Source of the DNA: Octopus vulgaris
Lineage: Eukaryota
Assembly: GCA_951406725.2 (NCBI GenBank)
Contig: OX597819.1
Location: 51,026,001-51,090,000 of the forward strand
Length of the DNA stretch: 64,000 nt
Reading direction: 5' to 3'
Made by a program: the position numbers and the translations under genes
Part shown: piece after piece, positions 55,015-64,000 of the stretch
How positions within the stretch are numbered: the stretch's first letter is position 1
Layout: the number at the start of each line of letters is the position of its first letter
The notes under the pieces: generated by a model
What the model saw: the letters and a program-made list of their open reading frames with translations, nothing else
Told to the model about the DNA's origin: nothing
Databases searched by the model: none

Positions 55015-55082
<68 letters not shown>

Positions 55083-55546
55083 CACACGCATACACAAACA
55101 TACAGATACAGATACACACACATATATATATATACTATACATATATATATGTATTTATACATTTATATTTATACATATGATTTACACGTATATGCATATA
55201 TATATATATAATATATATGTAATATAAATATAAATATGATATGAAAGAGTATAACATAATGTAATATGATATAATACGATATACTATAATATAATATATA
55301 TGAAAAATGAAGATGGATACAGGTTAACAACCATAAGGGTGAAATGTGCATAGGAAGTATAATATAAACTTGTGTTTAGCCTGTTTCTCCTACATTTGGT
55401 CTGTAGTTCATAACTACATATACCACTCAGTTTAGAAGTTGCTTAACAACTACATAGAAAGCAGACCGGGATATGATAATATACGTGGAACTCTAGATAT
55501 AACTGTAGGAGTCGCACATGTTCATGTACTCACAATTTCCACTTTG

Positions 55547-55605
<59 letters not shown>

Positions 55606-55632
55606 ATATCTGCCTGTCTGTCTGTCTGTATG

Positions 55633-55700
<68 letters not shown>

Positions 55701-55919
55701 ATATATTTTTTGCAAATACTGATAGGGCACAGAAAGTGCCCTATTACTTTGCAAATACTGATAGGGCACAGCAAGCGTGTCAATAGCCAGCTGGAGGAGG
55801 TTTCCTTTTGGGGCTACAAGCTACAGTAGCATCCACCCTTAGGGGTTAGCCACATTTAAGTGGCAAATATACTTCACGATGTGTTGCAGTTTCTGTTCAT
55901 ACCTCGTTCAGAGATTTAT

Positions 55920-56062
<143 letters not shown>

Positions 56063-56064
56063 CT

Positions 56065-56235
56065 GCATCATCTCGAGCAAGGACGATGTGCTACAATAGC
56101 TTGGGTTTCAGGGGCTCGCAGCTCTATAATTGTCTGCCGAAGCATCTGAGGAGCCTTCACGGAGTGGATGTAAACGTTTTCAAACAGGAACTTGACCTCT
56201 GGCTCACCGAGATCCCGGATGAGACAATATCTAGG
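56065..56235 (+). mobile_element. CR1-clade LINE C-terminal fragment
   Basis: NSLGFRGSQLYNCLPKHLRSLHGVDVNVFKQELDLWLTEIPDE. Confidence 0.75.
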
Positions 56236-56251
56236 CAATAAACTTAAAAGA

Positions 56252-56624
56252 GTTTGACTGTGGCCATGCTGGAGCACCGCCTTTAGACGAGCAAATCGAC
56301 TCCAGGACTTATTCTCTGTAAGCCTAGTACCTATTCTATCGGTCAGTTTTTGCCGAACCTCTAAGTTACGGGGACGTAAACACACCAGTATCGGTTGTCA
56401 AGCAACATTGGAGGGACAAACACAGATACACAAACATATACACACACACACATACATATATACGACGGGCTTCTTTCAGTTTCCGTCTACCAAATCCACT
56501 CACAAGGCTTTGGTTGGCCCGAGGCTATAGTAGAAAACACTTTCCCAAGGTGCCACGCAGGGGGACTAAACCCGGAACCACGTGGTTGGTAAGCAAGCTA
56601 CTTACCACACAGCCACACTCCTAC
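56252..56624 (-). mobile_element. SINE family B, near full length
   Basis: Colinear with 43266-43748, short internal microsatellite. Confidence 0.9.
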
Positions 56625-57077
56625 AATTAAAAAAAAAATGAACTGAGCAGAAACAGAACCTGATTCTGTCGATTACCGGGGGAGAACATTATCGGCTATA
56701 TTACAAAGTAACTATCACGCTTTTCTTTTTTCCTTTTGTAAACTAAACTAGATTAGTCTCTGAATTATAAACTAAGCTTGTCAATTAGCGTAACAAGACT
56801 TAGCTTATTATGTTTATCAACATTATATGTTGTATTTACTTGTATACAACACAGCAAGGAGCCACCTTTAAATTCGATATTTGGCACGGAAAATAATCTC
56901 ATATTTCGCTATATAAGAACTAAGTCACGGTCGCCCGGGAAGCGATAGATACGTGACTGCGTACCGTTTATGAACGTGTTTCTCAACTCTCTTTATTTAT
57001 CTCAAATTGGTGCATTGGTGCTTGTGGTACCTGAAATCAGTATTCACATATACATAAATGTATTATCATGCATTTAT

Positions 57078-57121
<44 letters not shown>

Positions 57122-57124
57122 TTT

Positions 57125-57173
<49 letters not shown>

Positions 57174-57299
57174 CGAGATAAAGAAGCAAATATATATGCA
57201 CACTAAGACGTATTTGCATTAACATACCTGTGTAACTGCATCCATAATTGTAAGCATATATATACATACACACAAATATATATATATATATATGTTTGT

Positions 57300-57336
<37 letters not shown>

Positions 57337-57854
57337 TGTGCCTGTGTGTTAGTGGCTTTTTCTAAGCAAAATAATAAGAGCAGGTCAGTAACAAAACAAA
57401 GAATAGTTCTTTTGTTGAAGATTCACGGGTATCAGGCGTCTGTTTTCACATATTTATGTAGGAATGAATAATGCAGACCATTGTGTGTCTCTGCATGTCT
57501 CAGAAAAGAATATGTCTGCATACACACAGAGATATGCAAAGACATATATATATATACATACATACATAAATATATATATATATATATATACATACATACA
57601 AAGATATATATTTTTTTTTTATGTGTGTGTGTGTGTCCGTGCGCCTGGGTGCATATATGAGTTTCTGTGTAGTTTATGGTCAAAATGGACGATTATACTC
57701 TAAAACCTGTATTGCGTGCACTTGCTCTTATTGCGCGCACGTACACACAAACACACACACACACAGACACACAGAGGCCTATATAGAACTACACATACAC
57801 ATATAATGAACAAAAGGCCCTAAGTGGTGTGTGTGTATGTGTGTGCGTGTGTGT

Positions 57855-57886
<32 letters not shown>

Positions 57887-58223
57887 ACGTGAATATGAAT
57901 ATAACTTTTCCAACAATACATTTAATTTTTTGTTGCTTCGTATGTTGTAGTGACAATATCTGTATGCGATATGAGTGATATTATGTATGTACAAGTGCGT
58001 GTACATGAGTATGTAAGTATATACTAGTCTGCGCGTTCTTATATGTAAGTATGACTGGTTGTGTCTTTATGTATTTCTGTCCGTTTATTATTATTATTAT
58101 TATTATTATTATTTGTTTTTCTTTGTTCTGTATTCTTTCTCAATATTCGGGTCTATTGTCAAGTTGATAACATGTTTTCTTCCCCCACCCACACCCCGCT
58201 CCACACACTCCCACTGACATATA

Positions 58224-58271
<48 letters not shown>

Positions 58272-58666
58272 TACACACAAACATATATATACACCAACAG
58301 ATACCCTGCCACCACCGCCACCACCACCACCACCACCACCACCACCGATGCCACCTCAATCACCTTCACCACCTTCGCCATCACTGGCTCTATGGATTAC
58401 AATTGCATGTGAGATCTGATATTGTGTTATGAATAAGGTATAGATTATATTGATGGAATCAATGACAAAAAAAAATACAGAAAAGAAAAAAAGAGAGCAA
58501 TATAAAATAATTGTATATACTCAATAGGTTTCGGTAGAATGGCCCCGATATATGATGAAATAGATAGCAATTCGTCAACATTGTAAGCTTGTGAATGTTT
58601 GTATGAGTACGAGGGTGTATGTGGAATATGTACACACGCATATATATGTGTGTGCGTGTGTGTGCA

Positions 58667-58699
<33 letters not shown>

Positions 58700-59449
58700 A
58701 ATTATGCATGTACATACATATATATAGATATGCATGTATATATGTATGTGTATATATGTATGTGTAAGTATAAACTATCTATTATTATATATATTAAGTA
58801 AATACACTCATAACAACAAGACATGTGTATAAGGATATGTATGCATTTATGTATGTAAATGTGCAAATAGATTTTGTATAACGATGTATGCACGTATTGT
58901 GTAAGAAAATTTTGCGCACAAAAATTATGCGACCACAACCATGATTGCATATACGCATATGCATATACATATTACATATTATACATGTGTATATGCGTGT
59001 GTACATATATACATATACATATACAATTATAAACACACAGATACAGATACACACACACACATATATACGCGTTTGCATATATAGAAATACATATATAAAT
59101 AGGTATGTAAATATATGCATATATATGTGCGTATGTATACATGTATCTCTTTTCTACGGACTATTACATAATCGAGTATATGCGAATGACTTGAAGCTGG
59201 ATGCTTCCAAATAGCCTTATATATATTCTTTTGCCTAAACCAATTATTGCTTATGACTATGTCTAACTCCTGACACAGTTGTAATAGGAATAGCTCATTC
59301 GCGTTACACTCTCCATTCCGTGATTTCCTATGCTACTCCAAAGTTCAGAATCACGTCGTACACAGGTAATCGACTTAACCCCTTTGCCTGTCCTTGTTTG
59401 TCCCCTATATGTTTATCCCTTTGTGGGCATTAAAGAAATAAGTTGTAGC

Positions 59450-60330
59450 TAGACTCTCATTCGTGATCTCTTTTATGCTGACGACTGCAATCAGCTCCTG
59501 ATGAACTGTACTGCTGCCACGTGTGATGAGTTTGGACTTGCAACCAGGCTTAAGAATATGATAGTCATGCTACAACTAGCACCAGGCAAGCCATGTATCC
59601 TACCATCGATATTCGTCAAGGATAAAATGTTGAAAGTCGCGAATACTTTTGTCTACCTTGGTAGCGCACAATCTAGAATTAAAATATTTGGTCGATTAGA
59701 GACTTTTAAGGTCTGTGTCGCATTTGAAAAGCTTGAACCGAGTCTCTAGTTGCAATGGACATCAAAGCAGCAACGGAAGTTGAGGTCCATCATGTATGCA
59801 TCTTAACAACGCTGTTGCATGGATGCGAGACCTGAACAATCTACCGCAGGGATATCAAACGTCTCGAGCGATTCCTCTAACGATGCTTGCGTAATATCCT
59901 TAAGATATCATGACAATCTCATGTACCGAAAATGACAAGTATCGACCCTATAATCATGAATCACTAATTTAATGTGTATGGACAGCTTGTCTGTTTAGAG
60001 CGCAACCGAATGCCAAAACAGGTGTTGTATGGTGAGCTGGAGCATGAAAAATATTTCCTGTGCAAGCTAAGAAAGCACTTCAAAGACAATCTTAAGATAC
60101 ATCAATATCAACACTAACAGAAATGGAGAGCTGTGGAGGAATCAGAGTGTTACTGCAGTTAAAGAATTCAAGAATGATAGGGTGGTATACATTGAGTTGA
60201 TACGTGCTTGTAAAAATATGGATGATGTGAACTTTCTCGCTGACATGGGTACAGAAGAGTTTCGTGTAAGCAGTGCGGTTGTGTCTCCTTCTCAAAGACA
60301 GGTCTAATCAGCCATAAGCCTGGTCATGCA
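59450..60330 (+). mobile_element. RTE (BovB-like) LINE fragment
   Basis: LIRDLFYADDC, F.YLGS, LLHGCET*TIYRRDIKRLERF..RCLRNILKI, R.PKQVLYGEL; many stops. Confidence 0.85.
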
Positions 60331-60559
60331 GTCGTCCCCCGTCTACCAGTGTGATATCCAGCATGATCTATTACACACCTTATGTAGCAGACTGTGTGGG
60401 TCATCCAGTGGACTCACTCAGTATGTAGGTCACAAGAGAAACACACACACACAAACACACATTAAGTTGTACGGCGTTTTTTTTAATATACCAAAGGGGA
60501 TATAAATAATTGACCTTTCAATAAATTACATTCAATGAAATAATTTTCATTTTTATTAA

Positions 60560-61350
60560 TCTATCAAACAATTTCAATATTCCATCAGCATAAAATTTAA
60601 CAAGTTTTGAAGAAAAAATGTTATCCAGATAACTTTGTTTAGATGCATTGTGATTCCATTTCAATCGTTAAATGTTTTCCCTTGAAATGAGTTCTGTAGA
60701 GACAAAAACAAGTGATAGTCGGATGGCGCAATATCAGGAGAATATGGACGATGGGGATAGAGATCCTAGTCAAGTTCCTTTAACTTTATTCGGCTAGCCA
60801 AAGTCACATCTGGTCGTGATTGTCTTGTTGGCAATATCCTGCCTCAATTCTATGATGTTTTGGTGAACTAATGGTATGGTTTTGTGGTAGAAGCTCATAA
60901 TAAATAATGCCTTTATGATCCCACCAAACATAGCTTTTTTGACATGGATATTCGTCTTTGGTTTCTGTTTGGGTTATCCTTATGCAACCTCCAGGATCTT
61001 TTTCGCATTACGTTTTCGTACACAATCCAGTTTTTTTATTCCCAGTCAAAGTTGATTCAAAAAGGATATGTTTTCATTCCGTTCCAAAAGCATATCACAA
61101 AAAGAATACTGGTCCAAGCAATTCTTTTCTGAGAGTTTGTAAGGAAACCATACATTATAGCGAGAAATGTATCATAGCTTCACTAGGTGTTCATGAGCCG
61201 TACTTTTAGAAACTTCCAACTCCTCTACAAGTTCTCTAGTCGTGATATTTGAGTTTTCTTCGATTTGTCTTCAAAACATCATCTAATTTTGAAGGTCTTC
61301 CACTGCAACTGTCATCGTCCAAGCTAAACTCGCCAGCATAAAATTTTCTC
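60560..61350 (-). mobile_element. mariner transposase remnant (second family)
   Basis: Minus strand PHRPYSPDIAPSDYHLF at ~60705-60765. Confidence 0.8.
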
Positions 61351-61756
61351 GCCCATCAAATTCGATTACAAAATAATTGATTAGCCCTGAGGCTATTGTA
61401 GAAGACACTTATCCAAGATGCCCACAGTGGGTTTGAAACTGAAGGTACAAGGTTACAAATAGGGCTTCTTAACCATACAACCGTGGCTGTAAGCATCTGA
61501 TATGAATAGTGTCTAGCAAGGCCTGTTACCATTAGTTCAGTAACAGTTCTAAGACTCACCTGGAATTTTTACTTAAATATTCCTTTTGCTCTTGTGCTCG
61601 GACCATCATATAAGTTTTGCTCCTGTGAGAAGGCGAGTGTGCGTAACATGAAGTTAAATATATATCTATCTGTCTGTTTGTATATGCATACATTGTATCT
61701 GTATATATATACATACATACATACATATATATATATACATGTGTATATGTGTGTGT

Positions 61757-62088
61757 GTGAAGGAGCATGGCTCAGTGGTTAGAACGTCGAGCTTACGATC
61801 GTAAGGATGTGAGTTCGATTCTCAGACCGGGCAGCGTGTTGTTCTTGAGCAAGGCACTTTATTTCACGTTGCTCCAGTTAACTCAGCTGAAGTAAGTTGC
61901 GACATCACTGGGGCCAAGCCGTATCGGCCTTTGCCTTTCGCTTGGATAACATCAGTGGCGTGTATGTAGAGAGGCTGGTATGTATGGGTGGCTGCTAGCC
62001 TTCCAAAAACAACCTTGCCCGGACTTGTGCATCGGACAGTAACTTTCTAGGTGCAGTCCCATAGTCATTCATGACCGAAGGGGATCTC
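61757..62088 (+). mobile_element. SINE family C, full length
   Basis: Colinear with 28149-28485. Confidence 0.9.
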
Positions 62089-62203
62089 ATACATACATAC
62101 ATACATACATACATACATACATACATGTATATATATATATATATATAAATATATATATATACATACATACATGTATATATATATATATACATAAATATAT
62201 ATA

Positions 62204-62256
<53 letters not shown>

Positions 62257-62258
<2 letters not shown>

Positions 62259-62576
62259 GTTCTGAGTTCAAATCCCCTCGAGGTCGACTTTGCCTATCAT
62301 CCTTTCGGGGTCGATAAATTAAGGACCAGTTACGCACTGGGGTCGATATAATCGACTTAATCCGCGTGTCTGTCCTGGTTTGTCCCCTCTGTGTTTAGCC
62401 CATTGTGGGTAGTAAAGAAATAGGTATTTCGTCTGTCACTACGTTCTGAGTTCAAATTACGCCGATGTCGACTTTGCCGTTTATCCTTTCGGGGTCGATG
62501 AACTAAGTAACCAGTTGAATCGACTGTCCCCCTCCCCCAAACTTTCAGGCCTTGTGCCTATAATAGAACGGATTAT
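62257..62576 (+). mobile_element. SINE family A dimer (type-1 unit plus headless type-2 unit)
   Basis: Junction AAAGAAATA|GGTATTTCGT at 62422/62423. Confidence 0.88.
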
Positions 62577-62592
62577 TGTTATTTTTATTTTT

Positions 62593-63111
62593 GAGTGAGA
62601 GAGCAGCGCGTGCTATCAAAGTGACACTGGGGTACAAATATACAAAGCCCAATTTACCCATCATGACTACCCATCTAATAAGGGTACACTATGTACATGC
62701 AGCACAACCATATGGGTGCGTCAGGGTGATCTCATATCACGATAAACAGCACATGACCTTGCACGTAGGGCCCAGTTAGAATTTTCTTCAGGTCGAGTAG
62801 CCCATCCCACTCAAAAGGTCCCTGAATAAGGGTTGTTCAAAGATATCGAACGAAACATCCATGTTTCCAGAGGTGAATTACCAAACCCCAAAGAATCCCT
62901 TTTAACACACGGCTATGATGCTCCCCCACTACTTCTGCTTGTGACCAGAGATGCACATATCGGCAGCCACTAAGGGACATGCTCAACTGGTTAGGGTCAA
63001 ACAACTGACAGCAGAATATTTGCTGTAGACCTTTTATAACAAGACAAAAAAAGGTACATGATAACACTTCAAATCAGTTAACATCAGCAGCCATGGTACT
63101 GCATTAGGGCA
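62593..63111 (-). mobile_element. Element F copy 4
   Basis: Reverse complement of 38285-38837; (TTA)n on the right, degenerate TTA on the left. Confidence 0.88.
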
Positions 63112-63164
<53 letters not shown>

Positions 63165-63169
<5 letters not shown>

Positions 63170-63225
63170 TAGTTTTATTTTTATAGTGTGCTTTCACTAC
63201 ACTACCGAGCGCAGCTCTGTGTGCC

Positions 63226-63227
<2 letters not shown>
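63165..63227 (-). mobile_element. 63-bp 3' tip of the Dong-like family at 38882-39582, inside (TTA)n
   Basis: Reverse complement matches AAGGCACACAGAGCTGCGCTCGGTAGTG..CTATAAAAATAAAACTACTGAA (39520-39582). Confidence 0.9.
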
Positions 63228-63263
<36 letters not shown>

Positions 63264-63298
63264 ATTACTATTATTATTATTTATTATTGTTATTATTA

Positions 63299-63372
<74 letters not shown>

Positions 63373-63382
63373 GTTATTATTA

Positions 63383-63449
<67 letters not shown>

Positions 63450-63450
<1 letters not shown>

Positions 63451-64000
63451 TTCCTTCTTTCTTCAAATTTTCTTCCGTTTCTCGCCGAGTGTTTTCCATA
63501 CACCTAGTGCAGAGAAGGGCATTGTATGCATTCCCAGATTACACGCGCAAATTCACAGATAAAATATGTATTTAAAAATTAATAAATAAATAAATTCATG
63601 GATGGATGTTATTTTCACAGCGATAGTACTCTTCTCAGTACATGAGCCGTTCCAGTTAATACGATTTTTTGCACTTCCTGTAGCGATTGTAAGCCTGGTA
63701 TCATTTTCAAATAGGTTTCAGTACCTTTTTTTATCATTCCTAGAGATCCTCCAATCACTGGTACTGTAGTCGTCTTGAGATGCCACATTTTTTCAATTTC
63801 TATTAGCAATTCTTTATATTTACTGATCTTGTCAAATTCTTTCGCCGCTATATTGTGATCACAGGAATACTCATGTCAATTAATAAACACATCCTTTTTG
63901 TCTGATCTTTTATAATAATATCCGGTTTATTAGCTTTTATAGTCCTGTCGGTCTGCACGGGGAAGTCCCATAGAATCGACACATTTTCTCCCTCAGTCAC
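63450..64000 (-). mobile_element. Third R4/Dong-like family, 3' end abutting (TAA)n; continues beyond the window
   Basis: ILWDFPVQTDRTIKANKPDII..LIDMSI..KEFDKISKYKELLIEIEKMW..VPVIGGSLG..LQEVQKIVLTGTAHVLRRVL; 3' UTR unrelated to the 39.5-kb copy. Confidence 0.9.

Overview
AT-rich, microsatellite-saturated eukaryotic DNA. The SINE/LINE repertoire and the density of (TA)n/(CA)n/(TATG)n/(TAA)n arrays suggest an octopus (coleoid cephalopod) genome, but this is an inference from recognised repeat style. I found no supportable host protein-coding exon, rRNA, intact tRNA or CRISPR array. Nearly all supplied ORFs are translations of simple repeats or SINEs, so the window looks intergenic or intronic. 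Interpretable content is mobile DNA: at least five tRNA-derived SINE families (about 30 copies), decayed LINEs (R4/Dong-type RLE, RTE, CR1), two mariner copies, pogo-like MITEs, non-autonomous Helitrons, Helentron-type elements and Penelope-like termini. Most notable: (1) a discrete ~540-bp non-coding element in four copies, always next to (TAA)n-type sequence in one orientation, beside several R4/Dong-like LINEs with the same target; (2) a SINE joined to itself at a base-identical junction at three loci; (3) a minimal hammerhead-like ribozyme with a variant core next to a ~260-bp foldback. Coordinates were read by eye and ends of decayed copies are approximate.
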